Shown piece after piece: positions 21,602 through 31,206 of a DNA stretch of 64,000 nt. Position numbers and translations under genes: made by a program. Within the stretch, counting starts at the first letter, position 1; each line of letters begins with the position of its first letter. Under the pieces are notes generated by a model, which was not told the origin of the DNA, did not search any database, and worked only from the letters and a program-made list of their open reading frames with translations. This DNA is from Sedimentisphaerales bacterium (GTDB taxonomy: Bacteria; Planctomycetota; Phycisphaerae; Sedimentisphaerales; Anaerobacaceae), in contig OY970194.1 in NCBI GenBank assembly GCA_963708075.1, forward strand, positions 4,576,001 through 4,640,000, given 5' to 3'.

Positions 21602-22381
21602 ATGCGGAGTGTGAAGCTTTCGACCGTGTTGATCGTGCTCGTTCTGTCCGGGGGGATAGCCTTGATCAGCGGCTGCAGCGAGCCGGACTTGCGGCGTCGC
21701 AACCAGATCCAGCAGGATGAAATCTCGAGACTGCAGAGCGAGTTGCAGGCCGCCCAGATGCAGCTCGATCAGCTTAAGCGGAAACTGCAGGCCTATGAGC
21801 AGACCGAAGGCGTCGAGGTCGATGCCCTTCGCCAGAAGATCGCCGCCCTCGAAGAGGAGCTGACCAAGAAAGAAGAGTTGATCAAGTCCATGCAGTCGCG
21901 GCTGATGGGCCTGACCCCCCTGCCGGTCGAGCTGAACGCAGCGCTGGAGGAGCTCGCCAGACAGCATAGCGACCTGATCGAGTACGATCCCAACCACGGC
22001 CTGGTGAAGTTCAAGAGCGACCTGCTGTTCGAGAAAGGCAGCGACAAGGTGACGACTGCCGCCGAGGAGGCCCTCAAGGCGCTGTGCGGGATCCTTAACT
22101 CCGAGCAGGCCAAGGAATTTCACATCATCGTGGCCGGACACACGGATGACATCCCGATCCGCCGGGCAGAGACCCTGATGCAACACCCCACAAACTGGTA
22201 CCTGTCCTCCCACCGGGCCATCTCCGTCTTGAACTCGCTGCAGGGCTGCGGCATCGCTCCGGAGCGGATGAGCACCCGTGGATTCGGCGAATATCGACCG
22301 ATTGCCCCGAATGCCCCGAGCAAGGGCGGCAATCCGAAGAACCGCCGCGTGGAGGTCTACATCGTCCCGGCGGGCACGTAA
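21602..22381 (+). CDS. OmpA/MotB-family lipoprotein with coiled coil
   Basis: Lipobox LISGC; IIVAGHTDD, NWYLSSHRA, GFGEYRP, KNRRVEV. Confidence 0.9.
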   Translation: MRSVKLSTVLIVLVLSGGIALISGCSEPDLRRRNQIQQDEISRLQSELQAAQMQLDQLKRKLQAYEQTEGVEVDALRQKIAALEEELTKKEELIKSMQSRLMGLTPLPVELNAALEELARQHSDLIEYDPNHGLVKFKSDLLFEKGSDKVTTAAEEALKALCGILNSEQAKEFHIIVAGHTDDIPIRRAETLMQHPTNWYLSSHRAISVLNSLQGCGIAPERMSTRGFGEYRPIAPNAPSKGGNPKNRRVEVYIVPAGT

Positions 22382-22407
22382 TCCCGTATAGAAGCAAAGC
22401 ACTCACA

Positions 22408-22437
22408 CGGGCCCCGGACTCCGGGGCCCGTTTTGTT
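22408..22437 (+). terminator. Intrinsic terminator
   Basis: CGGGCCCCGG-ACT-CCGGGGCCCG followed by TTTTGTT. Confidence 0.8.
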
Positions 22438-22524
22438 CCTGCCCTCTACCGCCACCTGTCCCTCTGTGATTCCCGCCTCCAGGCACGGCCTGAGTGTACC
22501 CAGAGCGCCCGGCATCTGACCGGC

Positions 22525-22925
22525 GGATGTGGTCGGAATATGGTGGCGGCGTGTAGCCGGCGTGTGCGGATCGCCCCTCTTTCGTCCCTTACGGGACTGG
22601 TTTTTATCCTTGGCCCCGGTTCCCCAGCGATGAATCGCTGGGCTATTCTCTATCGCCCTACGGGCTTGAACTGCGCCCGGACGGGTTGATCATTATCCCG
22701 CAGGCGTTGCGGCTATTGGCTATCGCCCTGCGGGCTGGGACTGCGCTCCAGTCCTCTTGCGTCGGTCCATCCGCCCCCACAGGGGCGATCGACAATAGCC
22801 CACCGTTTCAACGGTGGGTACCGATAGCCAATCACATCCCAAAGCCCCGCAGGGGCGAAAGAAGACCGGGGTGCGCTCTTGGGTCCGGTGGAATCGGAAC
22901 CCGCCACCGAATGTCGGCCGCACCC
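22525..22925. repeat. Composite repeat: family C arms enclosing several other palindromes
   Basis: GGATGTGGTCGGAATATGGTGGCGG ... CCGCCACCGAATGTCGGCCGCACCC; the same arms occur at 44606-44828 and 49525-49706. Internal CCCAGCGATGAATCGCTGGG and CCCACCGTTTCAACGGTGGG hairpins. Confidence 0.75.
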
Positions 22926-23069
22926 TGACCGGCAGAACACAGCCAATGGAGTTGACTCGCACGCGGGCAATTCCTATAATAAGGGAGATTGTGCCTGCGC
23001 GTGGCCCACGTATTCGGATTTTGGCTTGGACGGCACTGTCTTAAGCCGTCGAGGGAAGGAGGCAACACG

Positions 23070-23873
23070 GTGAGAGTGCTCGTAGCGATTGCCATCAGCA
23101 CTATCTTCGCGTCACTCGCGCCCGGCGAAGTCTTCGTGACAGCATATCGCTGTGACGGCACGACGCCTTTGACCCTCAAAGATCCCAATGCCCCTTATGT
23201 GTACTCGGATATCATGGTCGGCACGAAGCTGGTTCTGATTGTAAGCTCCGACGAGTCCCGCACGAGAGACCCTTGGTGGGGTGCTTTGCTGTCCACGTGG
23301 GACAATTGGGAACGCGGTAAGCTGGCGGGCAGGGGATACGCCGCGCGCGATGCGGCGAGCGATGCGGGGATCGTTAAGGTCTGGAACTACTGGGATTCGT
23401 GCCTTCCCGCCGCCGGCAGCCACCCGCTCGCGACTCTTGTCGAATACCCTGAATTTGATCTCAACAGGGTCGGTTTTGATCTGACGACATACCCCGACGC
23501 CCTCGCAGGTGACTGGTTTGTCCTCGACTACGTCGCGGAGAAGGTTGGCTCGTCCCAGGTAGAGTGGTTCGACTATGCCCTGAGTTTCGACGTGCCGAAA
23601 GAGACGCTCTCCTTTACCCACGTTCCCTCGCGGGATTTCCAGGGCAACGGCATCGTCGATTTCGCTGATTTTGCCTCGCTGGCCTCCCGCTGGCGACAGC
23701 CGGTTGACCCCAATGCCGATCCGGCATCCCCGCACGATCTTGACGCGGACCACCTTATCGGCCCCTCCGATCTGGTGCTGTTCAGCGGATTCTGGCTTGA
23801 CCGAACAGACTGCGCCGCTCCGGCAGAGCCTAACGCTGCCCCGGCAGAGCCTAATACCCCTGCCGGACTTTGA
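23070..23873 (+). CDS. Secreted protein with C-terminal dockerin/EF-hand-like pair
   Basis: GTG start after AAGGAGG; signal peptide; DFQGNGIVDFADFASLASRW and DLDADHLIGPSDLVLFSGFW. Confidence 0.7.
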   Translation: MRVLVAIAISTIFASLAPGEVFVTAYRCDGTTPLTLKDPNAPYVYSDIMVGTKLVLIVSSDESRTRDPWWGALLSTWDNWERGKLAGRGYAARDAASDAGIVKVWNYWDSCLPAAGSHPLATLVEYPEFDLNRVGFDLTTYPDALAGDWFVLDYVAEKVGSSQVEWFDYALSFDVPKETLSFTHVPSRDFQGNGIVDFADFASLASRWRQPVDPNADPASPHDLDADHLIGPSDLVLFSGFWLDRTDCAAPAEPNAAPAEPNTPAGL

Positions 23874-24060
23874 GCTCGAGGATTCAACGTCCTCTTTCAT
23901 ATAGCGCAGCAAGAAAATCTGACAAAATTCCCAGATAGGCATCCACATTTCTGCACTCTCAGCCGCCATTGCATTGGCTAGTTCTATGATCAGGTAGACT
24001 CGAGTGGCGTCTTTGCCGATAAGTAGTCCCTGCCAAGATACGTGACTACAAAGGAGGAGT

Positions 24061-25850
24061 ATGATGAAAGCGCGATTTTTGTTGCCAGTGGTTGTCCTGT
24101 CGTTGTCCCTGACCGCCGTAGCATCGGGCCAGCGGACCCTTCAATCCGATGAGATTCTCCAGGTTTTCCACAAACTGACCAGCCAGCCTCGCAATACCTG
24201 GATTCCCGCAGGCACGATCGAGGCTACGCACCGTGAGCAGCGAGAGCCGAAGATCACGGACTCCACGGTCCTCCGCGATGAGATCGACAGGCGAGTCAAG
24301 GAGTACAAGGACAAGCCCAACAAGATCGAATTGACGGACGAGTTGCAGAAGATGAAGCTCGACGCCATCCCGTTCAACGTGCGTTTCAAGCTCGCCAACA
24401 AGCACACGATGGACTCCACGGTGGTCGTAAAGTGCGATGGGGAAAGGTTCTACTGGGAGACCAATGTGGATTCTCGCCAGGATTCCGTAATGCCCGATTG
24501 GAGCCTGGCGGGCAACTTCATGACGGAGCAGTTCGACCTGCCTTTCAACCGAAAGAGTGTCTTTGCATGGGACGGCGATGAATACGTCACCTACACGGTT
24601 AGCGGCATGTTCGCCACCGTGGATGCCGCGGGCCGGCTGCCGCGTGCGGTCAACGGACCGCTGACGGCGGGCATAGTTCCCTGGGGTTATGGCCGATTCA
24701 CCTATAACAATCTCCTTCTCGCCGACGCTTCGGCAATGGAGTTGGCCTTGAACGGCGAGAGCCTGATCCTGATGTCTCTCGACTGGGCCGATGGCTCGTC
24801 GGCGAGCCTCACTCTCGATCCCTCCAAGGACTACGCCGTGATCGCCTGCACCCTTCCAGCGGGCAGAGAACCAGGTGTCCGTCAATGACTATGGGGATTA
24901 TCGCCTGGTGGGCAGCTACTGGGTCCCGGGGACCATCTTCATGGAGCGTCGCGATGCAATCACAGGCAAGCTGCTGGGCTCGGACCAGTGGACCCTGGTC
25001 ACTGTCGACGGCACGGTTCCTCCTCCCGGCAGCTTCACCGTTGAGTACGAGCCAAACGCATTTATCCAGTATTTCTCGAACTTGACCACAGAACCGACTA
25101 CGTTCCTTTACTCGAGTTCGATGGACATGCGCCGGCTTCTGGCGGATCGGCTCGCCTACATCGCCTCCGAGGGCAAGCAGCCGCAGAATTGTGCCACTGC
25201 GGCCGTCGGCTACGTAGCGTCCCGACTGGGCAAGACCGTGCCGGACGGCACGCTGGCGACCCTCGTCAAGTCCGGCGGACAAACCACCCTGTCCAGCATG
25301 AAACAAGCTGTCGAAGGCCTCGGCCTGTATTGCAGGGCTATCCAGGCCGATCTGGCAAGCCTGCAGGACCTCGGATCCGCCAAAACGATCCTACACCTGC
25401 CGGCAGAGAACCATTTCGTCGTCCTCGATTCGATCGACAATGGGCGCGTCCAGATCGTCGATCTGTCCGACAGCAAGTTCTGCTATAGCGACACCGTCGA
25501 TTCCTTCAAGCAGCGGTGGTTCTCAGGGACCGGCTTTGCTGGTTTCCTCCACGCCGATCGCCGGGTCTTATGCGAAGGTCGATGACGCAGGTCTTACAAC
25601 GGTTCTCGGTGGTTGGGGCTGGGCCTGCACCAAGCTCCTACAAAGTGAACACTACTATCTCTGCGATCCACCCTGCTGCGGCTACTTCACATGGTACTGG
25701 GGGAGATATGGCTGCCAGACAGCCGAGAGCGGCACATGCTCCAACCAGGTACTCGTTCGATTCCAGGAAATGGCCTGTGTTTTCGATTTCTATCAAGACT
25801 GCGTGGGGGATGGGCGCTGGTACTTTTATAACATGCTTGCCTGCAAGTGA
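24061..25850 (+). CDS. Secreted C39-family cysteine peptidase fusion with a GG-preceded Cys-rich tail (two apparent frameshifts)
   Basis: AAGGAGG RBS and signal peptide; ORFs 24061..24888, 24875..25585 and 25440..25850 overlap in series; QNCATAA, LHLPAENHFVVL, QIVDLS; tail VDDAGLTTVLGG-WGWAC... Confidence 0.7.
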
Positions 25851-25897
25851 GCCGTACGCCTTGATCTTGCGCACGGAGGCACTACAATAGCTAGGCC

Positions 25898-26695
25898 ATG
25901 AAAGGTACCGGCCTCACACTTGTCGAGTTGCTTGTCGTGCTTTCGATTACCGCCTTCCTGGCGGCCCTGCTGCTCCCCGCCTTCCACAAGTCGCGGGAGC
26001 AGGCGAAGGCCACGACCTGTGAGGCCCGCGTACGGCAACTGGCCTTCGCGCTGCATGCCTATGAAGGGGACAACCTGTCGTTTCCTTATGGATTTGGCGG
26101 CCCCCGCAAGGTGCCTCCACCGGGCGGCTACCCGGGCAGCGCGCTAATCGATCCCCTGGGATGGTGGTGGTTCAACTATATCGGCGCAGTCCACTACAGG
26201 ACGGCCAGGGATAAGGACGCGCTGCGGTGTCCATCCAAACGACTCGAGGATGCAGCGCTGCAGCGGGACATCCTCTGCGGCAACTACGGGGTGAACCGCG
26301 CCATCTGCAAAAGCGCCAGCAGCAGTAAGCCTGACAGCGAGTTCGAGGGGATTCCTCTATCCATAGGCGCCATCCGTCACCCGGCATTGACCTTGCTCGT
26401 CATGGATAGCGGGTACGGCCTGATCTGCTGGTGGCATGCGACAGAGGCCCCCCCGGTCACATTCGGCAGCACGATCCAGGACACCGCCTATGTTCCCGGC
26501 CTGGAGATCAACAAGCTCAAGGCACTCTGGCCCGGACAGGCTCGCGACGCCATTGACGACGGCCGGCATCTCAACAAAACGGTCAACATTGCCTTTGCAG
26601 ATTCTCACGTGGAACGAAGGAGGGCCCACGACCTGCTCGTGGAGAAAACGGACGAAGGCGGCTGGGACTACAGTCCTCTATGGTCGTCCGAGTGA
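25898..26695 (+). CDS. Prepilin-type N-terminal cleavage/methylation protein (DUF1559 / H-X9-DG-like)
   Basis: GLTLVELLVVLSITAFLAALLLP; LRCPS; RHLNKTVNIAFADSHVE. Confidence 0.85.
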   Translation: MKGTGLTLVELLVVLSITAFLAALLLPAFHKSREQAKATTCEARVRQLAFALHAYEGDNLSFPYGFGGPRKVPPPGGYPGSALIDPLGWWWFNYIGAVHYRTARDKDALRCPSKRLEDAALQRDILCGNYGVNRAICKSASSSKPDSEFEGIPLSIGAIRHPALTLLVMDSGYGLICWWHATEAPPVTFGSTIQDTAYVPGLEINKLKALWPGQARDAIDDGRHLNKTVNIAFADSHVERRRAHDLLVEKTDEGGWDYSPLWSSE

Positions 26696-28377
26696 TTCTG
26701 CGATTCAGGGAAGAGACGTTGGATATCGAGCTCCACCTCCTGCCGGGTCGGATACTCGAATCTGTACGTGTCCATCAATTGCCATTGCTCTTCGCCCGGC
26801 ATCAACCGGGACGATTCCATCCTTTGGGGTAATCCACTGTCAGGATCGAGGAAGGCTTTCAGCCTCTTCTGCATCACGAGGCCATTGGAGGCCTTGCTGT
26901 CCCAGGTGTATTCATGGGCCGCCTCGCCCTGCCCAATGCCTTCGGCAGCATCAAGCGCCAGAGGCTGCAACCTTCCATCCCTGGGAGTGTCGCCCAGCGC
27001 TCGTCCCAGAGTAGCATTGATGGCCTTCATTATGCTCGTGTGTTCATCCTGCGTCAGCAGGGCTCGCTCGGGTGTCCCCCGGCCCGAGAGACGGACTATT
27101 ATCTCGCGGCTTGTGAAATCACAGAGCGTGTCACCCCGCGCGTCTCTCAGCGCCACTAGTCCTGAGCCACGCGCCATCAACAACTCTTCCACCAGTGTCC
27201 CATCGGGCCCATACCGCGTCAGATGAAGGTTTTCGATGCCCATGATGGTGTCGGAGAGTTGTTGCACTCTGACAGCGGATGCGGGCTGGATATTGACGAA
27301 CAGGGCAATGGCCAGGGGAATCATCGCCGCGGCCAACAGCCCGGCTTTCAGGACCGGCCTGAATTGCGGGCTCCCCAGCCTTCGGCCCAGCGCCTCGCGG
27401 ACCCCGGCGATCGGCAGAAGCCGCGTCGTGGCCGGCTCCGGCTCGCGATGGGCCACTTCCACGTGGATCGGATACGCGCTGTAGAGGCTCTCCTCCACCT
27501 CTGGGCCGCCCTTTACGGCCTCGCTGCCGGTCGTATAGACGGTGGAGACGCCGGAATCGACCCGCTCGGCCACGCCGTAGATTGTGCGATGCAGCACCTG
27601 CATCCGTTCGATGCATTCGGGGCAGGCCTGAAGATGGGAAGGCATGGCCTCGTCGCCGTCACAGACGTGTTCATGGTTGCCGTCGGTCCGGCCGTACGGC
27701 ACCACCCACTCGAATAGATCGGCCGTCGAGATCCCGCTGCAAAGGCCGACGCCCGGGATCGTGTCTCCGGGTTGCCGGCCGGCCAGGATCTTCTCGCGAC
27801 ACCGGTGGACCCGCCTGCGGCACCGTGGGCAGGCACACATGTGGTCCAGTATTTTCGCGTCGATGCCGTCAAAGGAGGCACAGGCAAAGGCCCAGGTCTT
27901 CGATCTCGCCCGCCGGCAGATCTGCGGGTCGCCGCCGGAGACTGCCGCATACAGTCGGCTCAGCCGCGCCAATTGCTCGGGCCGAAGCTCCAGCTCGCGG
28001 ATCACCTCCAGGTCCCCGGTGCACCGCCGGCAATGATCCACATGAACGGTAATGGGCGTGGGAATCCGGATCTCTAACGAAGGCACTAGCAGCGCGGGAA
28101 GGAAGGATTTGGCCTTTGCGCACGTGATATCCTCGCCGAGATGAGCGAAGTGAAGGCTTAACGCCCCGACGACATCCGTGCCGCCCTCAGGCGTGCGATC
28201 CTGGGCCTCGGACTCAGCAATGGCAGCCTCCAATTGCCGAATCTGCGTCCGACAGTGGGCACACTGCCGGATGTGGTCGGCCACGGCTCGCGGAATATCC
28301 GCATCGAGGCCACATAGATAATCGTAATAATGTGGCTCGGCGTCCGTGCAAAACATGCTTTGGCCAAAGGTGACCAT
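26668..28377 (-). CDS. Putative membrane-anchored anti-sigma factor with four HxxxCxxC motifs
   Basis: HIRQCAHC, HVDHCRRC, HMCACPRC, HLQACPEC; single TM (LLAAAMIPLAIALFV); directly downstream of the ECF sigma gene. Confidence 0.7.
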   Translation of the reverse strand: MVTFGQSMFCTDAEPHYYDYLCGLDADIPRAVADHIRQCAHCRTQIRQLEAAIAESEAQDRTPEGGTDVVGALSLHFAHLGEDITCAKAKSFLPALLVPSLEIRIPTPITVHVDHCRRCTGDLEVIRELELRPEQLARLSRLYAAVSGGDPQICRRARSKTWAFACASFDGIDAKILDHMCACPRCRRRVHRCREKILAGRQPGDTIPGVGLCSGISTADLFEWVVPYGRTDGNHEHVCDGDEAMPSHLQACPECIERMQVLHRTIYGVAERVDSGVSTVYTTGSEAVKGGPEVEESLYSAYPIHVEVAHREPEPATTRLLPIAGVREALGRRLGSPQFRPVLKAGLLAAAMIPLAIALFVNIQPASAVRVQQLSDTIMGIENLHLTRYGPDGTLVEELLMARGSGLVALRDARGDTLCDFTSREIIVRLSGRGTPERALLTQDEHTSIMKAINATLGRALGDTPRDGRLQPLALDAAEGIGQGEAAHEYTWDSKASNGLVMQKRLKAFLDPDSGLPQRMESSRLMPGEEQWQLMDTYRFEYPTRQEVELDIQRLFPESQNHSDDHRGL

Positions 28378-28387
28378 TTACACTCCC

Positions 28388-28966
28388 TCACTCAACCGCC
28401 AATTTCCTCCTGAGCTCTCTCAGGCCCGACGTCAGATAGCGGCTGACGCTTCGCCTGTCGATGCCGATCTCAGCCGCGATCTCCGCAATACTATAATTGT
28501 CCCGATACCGCAGAGTCATGACTTGCGCTTCCCTTCGTCGTAACTTTCCGATCAAGCACGCGAATACGGAACTCTTCTCTTCCGTTTCCTCTGATATGGC
28601 GTCTTGTGAGGGGTCATTGTAGATAACAATCTGGCTTCTTTCCGCATATTTTTTCAAATGGCGATGTTCCTGTTCCTGCTCTCGCACCACATCGACGGCG
28701 TCACGGAGGATCGTCCGATATAGGTACCCTCTGATGTTCTGCACATCGGCCGGCACGGGTCGATCGACAAGCGTCAGGAACAGTCCCTGGAACAGGTCCT
28801 CCCGGCGTGACGCGTCACGGACGCGCAGGCGGATGAGGTTACGGATGAAACTGCCGTGCTCGGCGAAGATCTTGACCGCCGCTGCCACGGCCTCCCCCTG
28901 GTGTTCGGTGCTTATGCCATACTCTCTCACAGGTGCCCACTCCAACTCCCTTCCACGCTCTGACAA
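28388..28966 (-). CDS. ECF-type sigma-70 factor
   Basis: Region 2 EDLFQGLFL..GYLYRTILRDAVD; region 4 LRRREAQVMTLRY..SIAEIAAEIGI..SVSRYL. Confidence 0.85.
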   Translation of the reverse strand: MSERGRELEWAPVREYGISTEHQGEAVAAAVKIFAEHGSFIRNLIRLRVRDASRREDLFQGLFLTLVDRPVPADVQNIRGYLYRTILRDAVDVVREQEQEHRHLKKYAERSQIVIYNDPSQDAISEETEEKSSVFACLIGKLRRREAQVMTLRYRDNYSIAEIAAEIGIDRRSVSRYLTSGLRELRRKLAVE

Positions 28967-29317
28967 TCACCGACGCAGATCGTCGAAGAGATACATACAC
29001 CGGGTCACGACCACAGTTATTATAGCCCCTGGCCAAACATTGTCAATCGAATTCGAGGCCGGTGCTGCCTTAAACTGGGCAAAATACACAGTTTACATCA
29101 GGCAACCAGTCCACGCGAAATCCTGCGCCACGACGTTGATGGCACGCCCTGGGATCGACACAAAGGAATTGTCGGTTCTTTTTGAGAATTGCATCCACAT
29201 TTTGTGTCTGCCGGTCGCTTGATCGTGTAATTGAACGCAGCGAGGGAGTATGTGCGACGCAGCGGAAAGCCAGGCCGGCGTGCTTGGAGCGATTCAGCCT
29301 CCCTGGTTGGCAACCGG

Positions 29318-29737
29318 ATGGCGTTCAGTGTGCTCGATGACAAGTCGAAAAGGCCGGATGACGGCATGCTTGCGGAAGTGCTCGGGGACTGTAAAGGGCT
29401 CTGGGACACGATTCTCGCGCATCTCGCCCAGGAGTATCCGGGCGTGCAGAACGAGTGGAGCTTCGCGGGCACCAAGTACGGCTGGAGCCTGCGCCCAAAG
29501 CACAAGAAACGCACGATCCTGTACCTGACGCCCCACGAGGGCTTCTTCACGGCCGGTTTCGCTCTCGGCGAACGGGCCGTCGCCGCCGCTGAAGAGAGCG
29601 CCCTGCCCACCCCTATTCTCGACGCGATCCGCAACGCCCCGAAATACGCCGAAGGCCGGGGAGTGCGGATCGAAGTCAAGCGCCCCGCCGACCTCGAAGC
29701 CATCAAGACCCTGGTCAAGATCAAGATGGCCCACTGA
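29318..29737 (+). CDS. DUF3788-like protein
   Basis: EWSFAGTKYGWSLR..KKRTILYLTP..APKYAEGRG..IKTLVKIK. Confidence 0.75.
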   Translation: MAFSVLDDKSKRPDDGMLAEVLGDCKGLWDTILAHLAQEYPGVQNEWSFAGTKYGWSLRPKHKKRTILYLTPHEGFFTAGFALGERAVAAAEESALPTPILDAIRNAPKYAEGRGVRIEVKRPADLEAIKTLVKIKMAH

Positions 29738-29813
29738 CCCTTCACCACGGCCTTCAAGCCAGCGAAGACCGCCTCCTGCGATGGCCGGACCCCTTAAAGC
29801 CGCTCTACTGCCG

Positions 29814-30429
29814 TCACACGAGCTTTCGCAATCTCCAACCGGCGGCAGCCAAGCCAAGTATGCCCAAAATGACTCCCCCCTGCAACGGCACAGCCGAAAC
29901 GTGAAACGAGTCAGTGAGGCTCGGGGGATCGGTCAAACCCGTGTTCATGCGAACATCGAAACCTACCATTGTCAGAGATGCCTCAGCCAAAAAGGGCAAC
30001 TCCAGCCACGCGGATTCACCGGCTGCGATTGACACCCAGTCATCATCATCAGGTGTCACAGCATTCGTAACCAGGCGAACTTCCCATGTGCTTTGATTGT
30101 CATTTGCAAGGAAGGCACCGAAGCGATCATAAGTCCCAGTCCCGAAACTACCTGTCGTTCCAATTCGCATCCAGCTCAAATCGCCGCTGAGAACCGCCCA
30201 CAAAACCGACCTCGCCTTGCATTGCCGCTGGATATTCGGTGGCCGCATACACGGGGCTTTGGTATTCCCATCCAGTACCATTGAAGACGCCCATCAACAG
30301 CCCGGAACTGCCGTCGGCAGGGAGCTGAAGAAAATCCAACGCTGTTGCATAGTCGAGGGTATACATCCCGGCAGACGCTGACCCGGCAAGCAGACAAATC
30401 ATCAAGACTGACAGTAAGACCCGTTTCAT
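29814..30429 (-). CDS. Secreted protein with PEP-CTERM-like (VPLxx) sorting signal (frameshift near 30195)
   Basis: Signal peptide MKRVLLSVLMICLLAGSASA (ORF 30148..30429) joined to ORF 29814..30281 ending VPLQGGVILGILGLAAAGWRLRKLV. Confidence 0.75.
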
Positions 30430-30478
30430 TTTTTCTCCCTTTCACTTCCTCAAATGAGCATGATCCACTGTGATGTTC

Positions 30479-31111
30479 TCACACGAACTTCCGCCACTGC
30501 AGACCCGTCACGCCCAAGCCAAGCATGCCGAGCAGGACAGCCGCCGGCACAGGAACCACGCTCACCTGCACCATGTCCAGTGTCGGCCCGTAGGAGCCCA
30601 ACATCGTTGACATGAACTGCAGGGTCGTCGCATCAGCGTCAGCGGTGAATGTCCATTCGCAAGGCGTCCATCCCATATTCGTAACGGAGTAACCGGTCGT
30701 AACGAAACTGAACGACATGCTCTGCGTGGTATTCCCTATTGCAGAGACATCCATCGTCTTCGTCGCAAGCCCGCCACCCGGATTACCCGCCATATAGAAT
30801 TCGACGAGGTAGGTGGCTCCCGAGATGGTGCTGATAACCTGTTCTACGCCCCCGGGACCCGGGTTGCCGTTCAGGTCCAGAGTGCGCTGGCCGTCGGCAG
30901 TCTGCCAGTATCCGCAAATGTAGTCTACGGCTTTAGTTCCGCCGATGACCGTCCAGTCATCAATGTCCGAGCTATCAGGGCCAAGTGTGTGGATATGCCC
31001 GGGCACCATGCTGACACCTTGCTCAAAGCTGCCGTTCAGCACCAGATCTGCCCGCACCGGCACCGCGATAAACACACACAGAACCGCAATTGACGTGAAC
31101 CTATTCATCAT
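30479..31111 (-). CDS. Choice-of-anchor C/DUF642-like protein with PEP-CTERM-like sorting signal
   Basis: DLVLNGSFE..WQTADGQRTLDLNG..; C-terminus VPVPAAVLLGMLGLGVTGLQWRKFV. Confidence 0.85.
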   Translation of the reverse strand: MMNRFTSIAVLCVFIAVPVRADLVLNGSFEQGVSMVPGHIHTLGPDSSDIDDWTVIGGTKAVDYICGYWQTADGQRTLDLNGNPGPGGVEQVISTISGATYLVEFYMAGNPGGGLATKTMDVSAIGNTTQSMSFSFVTTGYSVTNMGWTPCEWTFTADADATTLQFMSTMLGSYGPTLDMVQVSVVPVPAAVLLGMLGLGVTGLQWRKFV

Positions 31112-31206
31112 TCATCCCTCTGTTTAGATCGAGAATCCGTCTCTTCAGCAGTAAAGACCTTCCGCTCGATGATCGCTCCCATCCGCGACGGGAGAGATCA
31201 TCTGAT

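Noticed and set aside
24860..25535. Programmed frameshifting in the C39 fusion
   Set aside because: No slippery heptamer is evident, and similar breaks occur throughout housekeeping genes, so sequencing error is more likely.
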